The translations under genes were made by a program, and so were the position numbers. A stretch of 64,000 bases of DNA from the human T2T-CHM13v2.0 reference genome, Homo sapiens. Where the stretch lies: assembly GCF_009914755.1 (NCBI RefSeq), contig NC_060928.1. The stretch is one strand, 5' to 3'. Of this stretch, positions 1 through 14,159 are shown one piece after another (position 1 is the first letter of the stretch; the number at the start of each line of letters is the position of its first letter). Below the pieces are notes generated by a model. That model was not told the DNA's origin and ran no database searches. It saw only the letters and a list, made by a program, of their open reading frames with translations.

Positions 1-181
1 ATTTGCTGGGTTTTAAAATGATTAAAATCTTCCCCAAAAGTAGACATTTGACTTTGTAATCAGTCTAGTTTATGGAGAACAGATGTTGAATCCCAAAGAA
101 TCCTTTGCTCAAGGACAGACTGAACTACTACACAGTTAAAAAAGGGCAAGCTAAAGTTTGAGAGTGAGAAAAAGTATAGAC

Positions 182-190
182 AGATAGATG

Positions 191-233
<43 letters not shown>

Positions 234-264
234 TAGATAGATAAATAGATATAGATGATAGATA
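182..264 (+). repeat. (GATA)n tetranucleotide STR
   Basis: Pure GATA x10 at 191-230 with degenerate flanking units. Confidence 0.95.
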
Positions 265-1212
265 CATGCATGCATACATACATATATGTATAATTTATGA
301 AATTGTATAAAACTGATGTAGTGCTGATTTGTATTTTTTTTTTCCACCAGAGTCTAGATTTCCAGGGAATAAAAGTTTATAACTAAAGGCTTAGAATATG
401 TTATATATTGTTGTTGCTTTTCTGGATTCCTTTAAATTAGAATTCAAATTATAAGGGAGAAATTCAAAGAATCAGCTACTTTTACAGCATTGAAATGTTA
501 ACGTTTTCTGAAATTTTTTAACCAGCCAGGGGTCAAATTGTTCCACATATTTGCAGCCTAGAAAATATTTACTAAACCACAAAGCAGGGAAAAAAGCACC
601 ATTCTACTCATACTTCTTATTAAAATATATTATAAATACCTAAATAAACAATTTTAAGACAAAACATAGTCTGACAATTGAGTAAAATGTTATAAAAGAA
701 GACAGTTTTCCTTTACTTAATTTTAATACTAAGACATGGAAATTACTGTTTCTGGATAATATTAGAGAAAGAATGAGCATAGCTTGCGGATTCCCAACGT
801 CTCACTATCTTACAGCTGTCTCAGAAGTAAAAGAAAAGCTGATATTGTGCAAAACCTAACATTAAAAAAATGAGGGCCTGGAAGAGACAGAAAGATTGGA
901 TAAAATATCTAAACTTTTTTAATGTCTTGAGAATATTGGCTTGTTAAAAAATGATCTTTCCCTTTACAGAATACACATGTAAATTGCTTTCCCAAATTAA
1001 AAATATTTATTAGAGATAAATCTATACAGTCAATAGAAGAAAAGCAAATACATATCTCTTTGGTCTCAGGTAAGATGAGTATATTTGTATTTTTTGTTAA
1101 CAAAGCCCCCCACTCCCAAACCAAAAAGCAAAAAAATTATAATGGGAAAATGTTCTATATTTTGCTTTAGCCAAAATATAAATAATATTAAAATATTAGA
1201 TATTTTAACTTG

Positions 1213-1270
1213 TGTTCAGGATCAGATATTGAAAATGACAAACTACATTTTCAATATCTGAACCTGAACA
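1213..1270. repeat. Inverted repeat / hairpin, 25-bp arms, 8-nt loop
   Basis: TGTTCAGGATCAGATATTGAAAATG-acaaacta-CATTTTCAATATCTGAACCTGAACA; 24/25 Watson-Crick pairs. Confidence 0.95.
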
Positions 1271-1967
1271 GAATTCATGTAACTAAAACAGACTAGATTC
1301 ACTTTCAGTCCAAATAAATCATCTGGGAATTTTAGTAGATCTATAGTCAAAGTATATAAATAGGCAATTATTAAGAAAAGACACAATTCCAACAACAAAT
1401 TTAAAAATTATGCAACCTTTTTATAAATAACAACACAAAGTAAAACAACTTGACCTATAGACATATCATTTTAATGCATGAATTTGTGTTTACACATTCA
1501 TGTTATCATAAAATATTACTTTGAATTAATTCTGAACTTATTTTAATGGTAAATTATTTATTATTTTTAAACACCCCCTTTTAAGAAATATTGATCTATA
1601 CTTTCAGTTGGAGCAAGATATGCAATTTGGTAAGATGTTTGTATTTATGTCAAGGTAAATTGAGCGTACATCAGAATGGCATGTTTGCATATAATTGGAT
1701 ATTTATGTTTTGCTTTCAGTCTTTGCATCTCAATTCAAGTTGCCTGTGTTTAAAAAAGAAAAAAAAAGTTAACAACTGATGCTGAGCATAAATTCGAAAT
1801 AAATTTTTTAAAATATTTAGAGAATTTGGCTGTTAAGAATGATGAAAAAATGGGTGTCAATACTGCATGTATGAAATGTGAACATAAAGCAGAAAGTTTT
1901 TACAACCCTGACTAAAGAGATTTTGCATGCTATGGAAAAGGAATAAATAAATGTGGAAATAATAGTA

Positions 1968-2180
1968 CATTTGACCTGTGAACAATACAGGTTTGAACAA
2001 TGCAGATTTTCTTCTGTCTCTGCCACTCCTGAGACAGCAAGACCAGCCTCTGCTCTTTCTCCTCCTCCTCAGCCTACTATACACGATGACAATGAGAATG
2101 AAGACCTTTATGATGATTCACTTCCACTTACTGAATAGTAAATACACTTTCTCTTCTTTCTTATTTTCTTAATATAAGAA
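1968..2180 (+). mobile_element. Tigger2a (MER28)-like DNA transposon, 5' portion
   Basis: TA followed by a degenerate TIR CATTTGACCTGTGAACAATACAGGTTTGAAC, then CCTGAGACAGCAAGACC...GAAGACCTTTATGATGAT, matching the recalled Tigger2a consensus. Confidence 0.85.
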
Positions 2181-2223
2181 AGTAAAATATTAATTTTACT
2201 CTGGCTAAAATAATTCCTTCCTG

Positions 2224-4610
2224 ACATGTTTTAAAATAATAAGAGCTATCAATGACAAGCCCACAGCCAACATCATAACAAATAGGCAAAAGCTGGAAAC
2301 ATTCCCCTTGGAAATGAAACAAGACAAGGATGCCCACTCTCACTGCTCTTATTCAATGCAGTACAGGAAGTCCTCGCCAGATTAATCAGGCAAGATAACA
2401 AAAGCTGATAAATGACTTCAGTAAAGTTTCAGGATAAAAAAAAAAATGTACAAAAATCAGTAGATTTCTATACAAAATAATGTTCAATCTGAGAGTCAAA
2501 TCAAGAATGAAATCCCATTTACAATTGCCACAAAAGGAATAACATATCTAAGAATACATCTAATCAAGGATTTGAAAGGTCTCAACAAGGAGAACTATAA
2601 AATGCTGCTGAAAGAAATCATACAAACACAAACAAATAAAAAAACATTCCATGCTTACAGCTTGGAAGAATCAATGTCATTAAAATGGCCATACTTCCCA
2701 AAGTGATAGACAGATTCAACCCCATTCATATCTAACTATCAATGTCATTTTTAACAGAATTAGAAAAAAAAGTATTCTAAAATTTAATATGGAACCAAAA
2801 AAGCCCAAGTAGCTAAAGGAACTCTAAGCAAAAAGAATGAAGCTGGAGACATCACATTACCTGACTTTAAACTATAAAGCTATACCAAAACATCATGGTA
2901 TGGGTGAAAAAACAGACACATAAACCAATAGAACAGAATAGATTACCAGATAAAAAGTTGCACACCGGAAGTCATCTGACCTTCAACAAAGTTGACAAAA
3001 ATAACCCATGGGAAAAAGACTCCTTATTCAATAAATGGTGCTGTGATAGCTAGCTAGCTATATGCAGAGGAATGACATTGGCCCTCTATCTTTCATCATA
3101 CACAAACATTAACTCAATATGGATTAAATATTTAAATGTAAGACCTCAAACTATAAGAATCCTAGAAGATAACCTGGGAAACATTATTCTGGACACGAGC
3201 TTTGGGAAATAATTTGTGACTAAGTCCTCAAAAGCAATTGCAATGAAAATAAAACTTGACAAGTGGGAACTAATTAAACTAAAGAGCTTCCGCACAGCAA
3301 AAGAAACTATCAACAGAACAAACAGACAACCTCCAGAATGTCAGAAAATGGATGCAAACTATGCATATGAAGAAGATCTAATATCCAGAATCTATAAGGA
3401 ATGTAAACAACAAGAAAAAAATAAATAACCCCATTAAAAAGAGGGCAAAAGACGTGAACAGACGCTTCTCAAAATAAGACATACAAGTGGCCAGCAAAAA
3501 TATGAAAAATACTCAATATCACTAATCATCATAGAAATGCAAATCAAAACCACAATGAGCTACTATCTGTATTAGTTTGTTCTCACACTGCTGTGAAAAA
3601 ATACCCTAGAGATTTAATTGACTCACAGTTCCACATTGCTTGGGAGGCCTCGGGAAACTTACAATCATGGACAGAAGGCAAAGGAGAAGCAGGGACCTTC
3701 CTCACGACATGACAGAGTAAGTGCAAGCAGGGAAAACGTCAGACGCTTATAAAACCATCAGATCTCCTGAGACTCACTTATTATCATGCGAACAGCATGG
3801 GGGAAACCACACCCATAGTCCAATTATCTCCACCTGTTCCTGCCCTTGACACATGGGGATTATGGGCATTACAATTCAAGGAGAGACTTGGGTGGGGACA
3901 CAGAGCCAAACCATATCACCATCTCATACCAGTCAGAATGACTGCGTGAGGCTGAAGAGAAAAGGGAACGCTTATACACTGCTGTTGCAAATGTAAATAA
4001 GTTCAATCACTGTGGAAAGCAATTCAGAGATTTCTCAAATAACCTAATACAGGACTACCATTTGACCTATCAATGACATTATTGGATTTATATCCAAAAG
4101 AAAATATATTTATCTACCAAAGAGACACCCACACTTGTATGTTCATTGCAACACTATTCATAACAGTAAAGACACGGTATCACCCTAGGTGCTATCAATG
4201 GTAAACTGGATGAAGAAAAAGTGATAGATACACGCTATGGAATACTATGGAGCCACACATAAAAAAAAAAGAATAAAATTATATCGTTTGCGCAACATGG
4301 AGCTGAAGACCATTATCCTAAGCAAATTAATGCAGGAACAGAAAACCAAATGCTACATGTTCTCACTTGTAAGTGAGGGAGCTAAATATTGAGTACTCAT
4401 GGACATAAAAATAGTAACAATAGACACTGTGGGCTAGCAGAAGGGAGAGGGAGGGAGGAAGATAAGGGTTAAAAAATGAACTATTGGGTACTTAGTACAC
4501 TTACTACCTGGGTGATGGGATCAATCATATCCTAAACCTCAACATCACATAGTATAGCCATGTAACAAAACTGCACACATAACCCCTGAGTCTAAAATAA
4601 AAGTTGACCG
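2224..4610 (+). mobile_element. L1 3' fragment (old primate L1PA13-16/L1PB type), ORF2 3' half plus 3'UTR, interrupted by a THE1 LTR
   Basis: ORF2-like peptide at 3216-3428 (KLDKWELIKLKSFRTAKETINR); 3' end ...CCCCTGAGTCTAAAATAAAAGTTGA; many stops and internal deletions. Confidence 0.9.
3568..3918 (-). mobile_element. THE1D-like MaLR solo LTR inserted in L1
   Basis: TGTATTAGT...AGAGCCAAACCATATCA termini, 351 bp; 5-bp TSD CTATC/CCATC restores the L1 sequence. Confidence 0.9.
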
Positions 4611-6059
4611 TACAATTAAAAAATCCCTTCCTCCAAAGAAGCTCATGGGAATTACCATTAAAGAGCATTATGCACAATTTTACAAAAAGCATGTGAAATT
4701 GTAATATAATTTCATAAAATATAGGTTATTTATTTTTCTGATTGTTTTATGGAAAATGTGTAAGAAGGATTTCCCAATATCCTCTCGTACCTCCAGTTTA
4801 TGCAATCTCTGACTGATTTTAAACTAAGCAATATTTCTGAAACAAGCTTAATGAGTCCCAGGCTAGAGAATAAAGCTAGAGAAATATGTTTCCGATTATG
4901 AGCTAAATATTAAGAACAATTTCTACTCTAGTCAGTAACTAGCTTAGCCCATTCTTCTTAGTCTGGACATTTTGTAGATTTTTTAATGAAAAAAAAAGTA
5001 GTTGAAGGTTTACGGGTTTGTGGACCAAAATTCGTCTGATCTTGGCTGTTTGCAAGTCAACAATCATCTTTGATAAATTACTCTGAAGTCTGAGATACCA
5101 ATAAGCATCAGCTGTGAAAAGAAGCATTTCTCTCTAGGATATGCCATTCTCAAGTCCAATGAGCTTGCTTTCTCTATTCTGTTGGTCATTTTCTAGCTCA
5201 GATATCAATTCCATGCCTTCATTGTCCACTCTGCTTTTTCTCTTCTTGCTCATTATTTTATTCTCTTCATTGAGGTTGCATCTCCTACTACACTCTTCAG
5301 CCTCCATTTCCTTGAATCTTATTTTCTCTCTTCTCTCCCACTTGTATCAAGTTTTTCCATAATTGCTGTCTTCTCCCGTTTTAAATTGCATTGTATATCT
5401 TCCTCTGTTTGTTAGCAGTACAGCATTAAAATTATTTGTCTTCTTATTTTCCTTGTTTTAAATTTTTGAATCAAGAAGCATTACAATTTTTGTTTATAAT
5501 CCATTTTGGAAAAGTATGAATTACCCAAATTGCTTTTTCATATGAATGGTGATCAGTGTGTTCTGCTCAGGCTATTTTTTTTTTTTTTTTCTGATTGAAA
5601 TCCTCTTACGGAATAGATAGGACTTGGAATAGAATGGTTTATATCAGATCAGTTCAGTCCACATCTTTCAAGATCTCAGTTAGTGCTTTGAATTATTGGA
5701 GGGAGTATCTATTTCCCCAAGAGACACATCTCAAGAGAAAGGCAAAAAGAACTTTAGGACCTCAGTAAAACTGACTCAAATGTAGCACATGGTTGTGATT
5801 CCTGGTGGAAATGCTAAACTTGCTATAGGAAAAGAAGGTTCTACTCATGCTAAGAGAGCCCTATGAGAAGCCACTGCTTTCATACATTTGATTTGGCTGA
5901 AGCTCAACATAATAGGCACCAATCTAATGGTCTCATATATTGCAGAGCCTAAATTTTAACCTATAGGCTGCTATTGAGATATTTCATTAATTGGGCAAGA
6001 TTAAACTTCCTTTTTCATATTATCTGTACTAATTATTGCAATGATACTTGACAAAAAAG

Positions 6060-6425
6060 ATAAATGATAAACTCTCAGTGGCTTGATACAACATATCTTG
6101 CTCATATAAAGTGGAAACCAGAAGAGGCAGAGTCCCTGGGTGGATGGCTCCCTGCTAGCAGCGAATGAAAGCACCAGGGAACTTCTTTTTGATGGTTCCT
6201 CCATTTTTGTCACGTAACTTCCATATTCATCAAGCTAGTTTGCATTAATATCCTGAAGGGAAAGAGCAGGTATTAAGTTTTGAATGTGGATCTACAATAA
6301 TTTGTAAGTACTCAGGCACAAATTGCTAAATGTGACTGCAAGAGAAATGGGGACAATTTAGTCCAGCCACACCCCAGAAGAAGTCAAAGTAGGCCTGCTG
6401 AGCAGCTTCTTATTCTGTGCCACAG
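6060..6425 (-). mobile_element. Old MLT1-type MaLR LTR remnant
   Basis: CTCAGTGGCTTGATACAACA near the start and CTGCAAGAGAAATGGGGA...AGTC near the end resemble old MLT1 LTRs; highly diverged. Confidence 0.4.
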
Positions 6426-7050
6426 TATCTTTAACTGAATACGAATGTCGAAAATGGAGGTGGAAGATTTGTTGAACCCACAGTCTTGAAAGGCTATGCT
6501 CTCCATAAAATATTTAGAAATAATTACTTATATAAATTATATGGATTAATGACATTGGACAGATTTCATAAGATAAAGTGAATGCGGCCATTAAATTGAG
6601 TAGTGAAAATTTTAGGCAAGCAGCCAGGTAGCTAATCAGTTAATTCAACTTTTTAACATAGCATGTTTGGAAAGAAGTGTTCAATGTTCATGTGTAGTCT
6701 CCAAGAAAATTCTTCTTTAAAGACATAAACACTTGACATAAAAGCCAGTGTGTCTATACATGAGTAAGAAAGAAAGGGGCTGTGAGAGTTTGGGGCAAGG
6801 ATAAAGAAATAAGGGAATGCATTTAATTAAAATACTGGTCTAAATATTTTTATACCGTTTACACAATGCTTTTGAATAAGCAACTGTATAATTTATTTCA
6901 TTTCAAGTTTAACTTATTGCTGTAATTGTCCAATCACTTTCTAGTGATAGAAGTTGTGAACTTGGGATATGAAAGTAAAAACCTGTTCCTTATAATACTG
7001 GATGATAAAACTTAGAGAGTAAAAGTTGTATAAATTCGTAAAAATAATAT

Positions 7051-7790
7051 TGTGGTAGGCAAACGCTCTCTCTGCCCTGCCACTCCCTGAGATGTTCCTC
7101 GAACCAATGAATGTGTTGTATTGCAAGACAGAAGGAGCTTCACAGATATATTTAAAGTTACAGACCTTAAAATAGAGAAATTATCCTGGATTTTCCAGTT
7201 GGGTGCGTTCTATTTTCAAGAGCTCTTAAAAGCCAATAATTTTCTCCACTTAAAGTTCAGAAAAAAAATAAAAAAAATTGTGGCAGCAGAAAATGTCAGA
7301 GAGATTCAAAGGCTGAGAAAGACTTCACCCACATTTGCCACATGGAAAAGGGTGGAAGGAATTGGGGCAGTCTTTAACAGCAAAAATTGACCAGTTGCTG
7401 ACAGACAGCAAGGTATTAGGGACCTGGGTCCCTTAACTAAATCAAACTGAATTCCCCAGGAGGCGGAGCTTGCAGTGAGCCCAGATCGCCCCACTGCACT
7501 CCAGCCTGGGCAAAAGAGCGAGACTCTGTCTCAAAAAAAAAAAAAAAAAAAACTTAATTCAACTAAAACCAAAAAATGAGTTTGGAAGCAGATTTTTCCC
7601 TAGAGCTTCCGGAAAGAAACACAGCTGGGCCAACACCTTCATTTTGGCCTCCTGAGACTGTATGGAGACTGAGCTGAGCAATGCTCTACCTGGACTTCTG
7701 ACCTGAAGAACTGTGTGAAAATAAATTTGTGTTGTTTTTATCCACAAAGTTTGTGGCTATATGTTATGTGATCAGTAGAAAACTCGGGCA
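7051..7790 (+). mobile_element. MLT1 (D/E-like) MaLR solo LTR with nested Alu fragment
   Basis: TGTGGTAGGC start; CCCTAGAGCTTCC...GCCAACACCTTCATTTTGGCC...AATAAATTTGTGTTGTTTT...AGAAAAC end; TSD AATAT/ATTAT. Confidence 0.8.
7455..7549 (+). mobile_element. Heavily 5'-truncated AluY-like fragment
   Basis: GGAGGCGGAGCTTGCAGTGAGC...GTCTC(A)n; TSD AAACTGAATTC/AAACTTAATTC. Confidence 0.9.
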
Positions 7791-10700
7791 ATTATTTAAT
7801 AAGAAAGACATGATGAGGAGGATGGGTCCTGAGCTGTCTAAAAGGATTACAAATGTCCACAGATAGCCTGCAGAGGCCACAAATACAGCTTATATGGTTC
7901 AGTAGAAACTTAGCCAGACATTTCAAAAATGCAGTAATATAGTTTCAAACAAATTTACTTAGAGATTAGAAATGCTGTTTTAAGTTTCATCAGGCCTCAT
8001 TTTTTTTGAAAAAGAGAGAAATCAAGCAAAATGTCATGTTCTATTCCCTTGTATACTTTTTCAGCATTGGAAATCCAATCATCATTTTAAACAAGTTAAA
8101 ATGTCAAAATTTTGTGGACACTAATTCTGGTTTCTTCACTCAAAATTGTTTATTTCTTTTTGTTCCAAGAATAATTTAATTTATAATGCTTTCTTCAACC
8201 TCAAAATCATATTTTTATTAATTTCTTTTGTATATGTGTGCATCCCTTCCACAAAACTGTTTACCTAGTATCAAATAAATGTAACTTTTCTTTGATTCAA
8301 TTTTTATTTAATTTTTTGTCATTGCAAAAATTTATGTCTTCTTAAATTTTTATTATTAATGTTAAAATAAATTATTGTCAGGAAATATGATACTTGTGAT
8401 AAAAAGTTTTTGTGTAAAACTTTAACACAGATATTTTTTCAAAAAAATAAATTAATTCAACTCTACTCTTTAAAATATATAAATTATCCATTGCCATTTG
8501 AGAATTAATTGTATGTGGTAGACCACCATTTGTCTGAAAAACATACAATAACAAAAAAAGAGGAAAATGATTAGTTTATTTTGATAAAATTAGAAGTGAC
8601 TTAAAATTCTAAATACCATATTTAGGAGAAATGAAATTTTAGAAAATTAAAATAAAAAAAGATTGGAAATCTAAAAGAACTGTTATGTGAGACAGTGTCT
8701 AGAAGATGGCAGAGTTTGTCCTCAGATATATCTAGAAACAAACTTCTTCATGGTCAGTAGTACAGCCTGAGATTCAAAACCTAAATTGCTTTATTTGGAG
8801 CAGTGAGGATAGGAACACACATAAATCGCAGAAGCACCCTTATTCTCCTTGTTTTTGAGCACCAGAGAGGGCAGATCTAAGTAAAGGTTTAAAAAAGCAG
8901 GCTGTACTTCTAGGAAGCTGCCTGCCTCTGCAGCAATGGAGCCAAAATCTGGCTTCAAATTAAAACAGCTCTCTAGTGACTATTGTTCTTAGATGGAGAA
9001 AAGTGATATCTAATTGAACATACACACAATTCCATCTGTGACAAAATAATGTCTCAGTGATGAATAATGAAAGTGGAAACAGGCTGTAACTTATACAAGG
9101 ATATCACGAGAATTAAGAACATATGAAATATTTTACAAATTTGTAAGTAAATACTCCAGGAAAAATTGATATATATCTGTGTATATGTGTGTATATACAC
9201 ATACATGCACACACATATATATGTAGCTACATTTCTATCTATCCTATCGATAGCATAGATAAAATTCATATCAAAAGTATGAGCTAAAATTAAAAAATTG
9301 AATGAATCGATCAATTGTACAGTATATCTCTAATTTAGACAGATACAACATGTAACAGAGTGGAAGCAAGTTGATATTGCTGTAAATTATTTATTTTTCA
9401 ATAAGTGGAGTCGACTTTAATGTTATCTATTATTCTGACTTTATTGTTTAAAGATGCTATTTAATTCTTACACATGATTTGAGTGAAGAGCTCTATTTTT
9501 ATTTTATTTCTGTTTTGAGTTAAATAAGCTATATAAAATCCTCTAATAAAAGCAAAGACATATTTAAATGCTTGATATCAACTGTACAGGAATTTGATTC
9601 ATGTTGCTTATCTCCCTTCATTATTGATTTTCTTTATATCATGACAAAAAATTCAGAAATGCAACTGATAAAACTATAACTCTGTGATATATAAAATACT
9701 CTAACATTGCTATAAAGTTTTTTACACAAGCCCTGTTTCCTCCCACCCTCCCCAAAAGCACAACAGTGTATTAAATCTAAAATAAGTATAGCTAATACCC
9801 ATTAGTTTCAACCTAGTTTCACATAGTATTTAGAAACTGTCCCAGTTAAATCCATCAAAACACAAACTCTGCTAGGACAGGGGAGTTTTGTCCCTAAGGG
9901 CCCTTTCTTATAATTGCAGACCCATCAGATTTTTTAAGTCATATGGAAAGTCAATATGGAATCTCCAGGGAAGCTAGCTCTTTTCCAACTTTTCTATTTC
10001 TCTATTACTATGTTCACCTCATTTCAACTCTCATTCAAATTTTAACAACCGCAAGAGTAGGCTTATTACGGAGCCTCTTGACATACATTTTTACCTGGTA
10101 GAAGATTCCAGTACCCTTAGGGACCATATCAAAAATGCCCCACTTAAAAAGAATTTGCTGAAGTGCATTTATGAACTCAGCTTCTGTGTATTCAGGAGTA
10201 CAAGTCTATAATCTTCCTCAAATGAAGCATGGCCTTTGAGCATAGTTATACTTTGTATGAAAGTCAGATGCAATTATAAAAATGCATGAAAAAAAAAGAA
10301 AAACGCAGCGCCCTTTAGGCAGCTGTTCTGATCATAGAGGTCAAAGAAATGCCAGCAGATTTTCTTCCATGTTGCACCTTCAGTCAGAGCTGCATGACAA
10401 CCACCCAGAAAGATTATTTTCTCTTTAAAAACATCTCCAAATAGTCTCTATAGAAAAATATCAAAATACTTAATACCCTAATATAATTTTCTCATGATGT
10501 TAAGGAAAAGAAGATATCTGAGTAAGAAAATGTATGGTAGCTGATTATACAGTTGAATCAGGAAACACTGTTAAAATGGATGGCAAGAGACCATAATTAC
10601 TAAAGAAGGGGCGAATTAGTTTAACTATCCTTTTGCAAAATCAAGTAACAAATATATGGCAAATTATAATCCATGAATATTTAATTCCCCATAGGTATTT

Positions 10701-11320
10701 CACTCCTGTAACATGGAGAGGGTATATCAAAAAGTGACTCTTCAAAAAATGCAAATTCCTCCCTTGAATGCTGAACTTCTTTGTTAATCTGATAAGCAGT
10801 TCTTTTTTCAGCCTTCAGATTTTACACAAAAAATGGTAAGGAAAACCTGCTGAATTTCAATCATAATAGTGTTCAGAAATCAATTCTTCTATAGATATTC
10901 GCTATTTTCATAATGAAATAGAATAATAGTTAAGTTGAAAAATTCCATTAATAATTTCAAATTGCCTATAGAAATATAAATCATGAGATTTTATAAAATT
11001 TAATGTTTCTATGGTAAATTTATAAAAGTTACATATTTTCTGTCTTTTTATGCTTAAATTAGGTATGGTAAACATAATTATAATTTATTTTTTAATTTTG
11101 TTAATTTTTGTGATAAAATCTTATTATGTATAGATGTAGTGCCATAAATAGAGTAATATATAAAGATTTACGAGGAAATTGCTTTATGCATATCTGAGAA
11201 ATTAATATATGTCATAAAGATGCTATTTTTCTCTTTTTAAAAGTCTCCTGTATGTAAGATAAAAAGGAAAACAACAGAAAACACTCCCTTGAAATAAATA
11301 TTAAGAGCAGGAAAATAACC

Positions 11321-11327
11321 AAAAAAA

Positions 11328-11405
<78 letters not shown>

Positions 11406-11412
11406 TATATAC

Positions 11413-11445
<33 letters not shown>
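11321..11445. repeat. A25 followed by an interrupted (TA)n microsatellite
   Basis: Read directly; G or CG interruptions at 11363, 11387 and 11412-11413. Confidence 0.97.
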
Positions 11446-11446
<1 letters not shown>

Positions 11447-12399
11447 CAGCAATAACCACATTTCTCCCCAGGGAATGCAAAACAGAGTACTACATTTTCA
11501 ATTCACTGCCCTTTCATATCTAACCCACTATCAGTGCCTTCAAATTAACTTAAGTATTCACAATAAGTAATAAATTTTGATAGGCTTCATGATGATCTTC
11601 AAATTTTGAGAATAAAAACTGCAGTCCAAGTGCCTATTATAATGTTTGAAACACAATATATGTGCAGTAAAAATTTTAAAAATTAAATGAATGTGCCCAT
11701 TGATATTCTTCTGTCTTCTCTAAAATAAATGTCAATTTACCATGTCTTTGTTTTTACTTTAAAAATGAGACAAATTGTCATTTCACCATTCCTACATTTT
11801 TATAAATCATTTTCAATTTTGTGTTTGTTTTTTGTATAGATTTCTTTGAAACGTGTATACTTCTCTTAGGCAATACATTCATTCTTCCATCATTTTTACA
11901 AGCCTGTTAAAAATCTGAAATTCTCAAAGAATTTCTTCTGGGTACAAACCAACTCCTCAAAATGCCTTGTTATTTTACATAGAATGGTATATGTATATGT
12001 AAAACTGAAGATATGTTTCAAAAATATTCTTAAATTTGAATATTCAAATCTCTCATTAGTTTTTATGCCATTGTAGAATGATTTCAACATTATGTATGGA
12101 CAGCTGATAATGTTTATGATTTATTTAATTCTTAATATAAAGACAGTGTGGACCTTCTGCAAATATTTTATGCATTTTTTATTATCTTTCTTAATTTCAT
12201 TCTCAATACTTTTATTGATGCAAGTCAAGACAAATGTGAAATGTGGCATAGTGATATAATAGAGTTACGTTTTTTCAAATGCTTTTTTTCAAAAAAGTGA
12301 GGTTTTTATTAAAAGATTATAATTTTAAGAAGTCAAAATAAACTGTATGCTGGGAGCTTTCAGAGATGACTGAGGGGAATGGTTGCTGTTTAAGCAGAA

Positions 12400-14110
12400 T
12401 TTCACAAAAGCATCTTTTAAAGAAGTTAAAAATGAAAAAACAAACAAACAACAACAACAACTACAAAAAAAACCATGAACCTAAAGATATATCTTCAGTA
12501 TAATTGAAAAACAATGCAAAAACATAAACCTTGCACTGTGTCAAGAGAGTGAAAAAAACAGAGCGAATTACAAATTCTACAATAAAAAGAGAGGGGCCAA
12601 TGTAAAATATTAGAACATATTCACTATGACCTCCTCTACCATCCATATCTCCCTTTGCCCCTAGTCATTTAGTAAAAACACCTGATCTGCTAAACTGACA
12701 GAAGAGTATGTTTCACTTCCAAATTACGCTTACAAAAGAATTTATATATATGAAATCATTTAAAAAACAAATATTTCAAAATAACTAGAAACAAAAATTG
12801 ACCAAAAAAAGGAAGTAAAATTAGAATTAATTTAACTCATGAAAGAAATAGAAGAGCAAAAGAAAATCATGTTAAAAACAAAGAGTTGGGTACCTGGTGC
12901 CCAAGAAATTATTGATTAAAATTAAAACTTCACAAGAAATATGGTAGAAATGCAAGGAAACAACCAAAACATTAAAATTGAGAAAATAAAATGCTTAAAA
13001 ATTGCTAAAAACCTGTTGAACAAAGGAAAAAAGACAACAAAAATTACCAACTTTCCAAAATAATGATAAGCTACACCAAATATTTTAGTATATAACTGAA
13101 TTACCTAGAACAGTGATAGGTCTAAATTTACTTGTAAACATTTTTATAAAAATAAAAGAGTAAAAATATTTGAAATAAATTCTCAGCTCAATAAGCTAAG
13201 AAAAGAACAAAAACAATAACAAATCAAGAAAGTGGAAAAAATATATAAAGATAAGAAAGAATTCAATTATGTAAGGAACACAGACATTATAAGACCTACT
13301 TAATGGATTAATATTCTGCATTTTAAAAATAGTGATTAAATTAAGTAGATACGTGCCTTGTGTATTTAATGAAAAGGAGAACAGAAAAGTACAATTAACA
13401 AAATAAGGTATGAGAAGAGGAAATAACTATTGAAATAATATTCTTAAGTAAAATAAAAAATTATTCTTCAGATATCATAAACCCTGCATAACATAGATAA
13501 TATGCTAGGAATATTAAAATTATTTTATTAGAAATACAAAGTTCAAACAGAATAATATCTGTAGTGGAAACAATATTTTTAAGAAACTACTTCATTAAGA
13601 ACAACAACAATAACAAGAACAGATGATTTCAAAATGGGATTCAAAGAATCTTCAAGCTTTTACAAAATGGTGATGGTTAACTTTATAGGTCAAATTGACT
13701 GAGCCAATTATTATCCATATATTTGTTCAAATATTATTCTGGGTGTTTCTGTGAGACTGTTTGTAGTTAAAATTATTATTTAAATCAGTACACTTAGTAA
13801 ACCAGATTTCTGTCCCTGGTGTGGATAGGGCTCATCCAATCAACTGAGGCCTGGATGGAATGCAAGGACTGACCCTCCCTAGAATAAAATAAATTTTCCT
13901 GCCTGCCTGCCTTCAAGCTGGGACATTGACCTTTTTCCTGCTGAAACATGTGGCTTTTCTTGGGCCTTGAGCCTGCTGGCCTTTGGACTGGATCTATAAT
14001 ATTGTCTCTCCTGGGTATCTATCTTGCAAACTTACCCCATGTATCATGGGATGTTTTAGCCGCCATAATTATTATGTGAGCCAATTTCTCACAATACATT
14101 TAACATGCAT

Positions 14111-14159
<49 letters not shown>

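Noticed and set aside
4939-5127. Minus-strand 62-aa ORF with an acceptor-like CTTCTTTTCACAG
   Set aside because: No recognisable protein similarity, a weak donor (GTAAAC) and no neighbouring exons.
9221-9261. Short palindromes (ATGTAGCTACAT and a 26-bp TATC/GATA quasi-palindrome)
   Set aside because: The low-complexity context makes them unsurprising.
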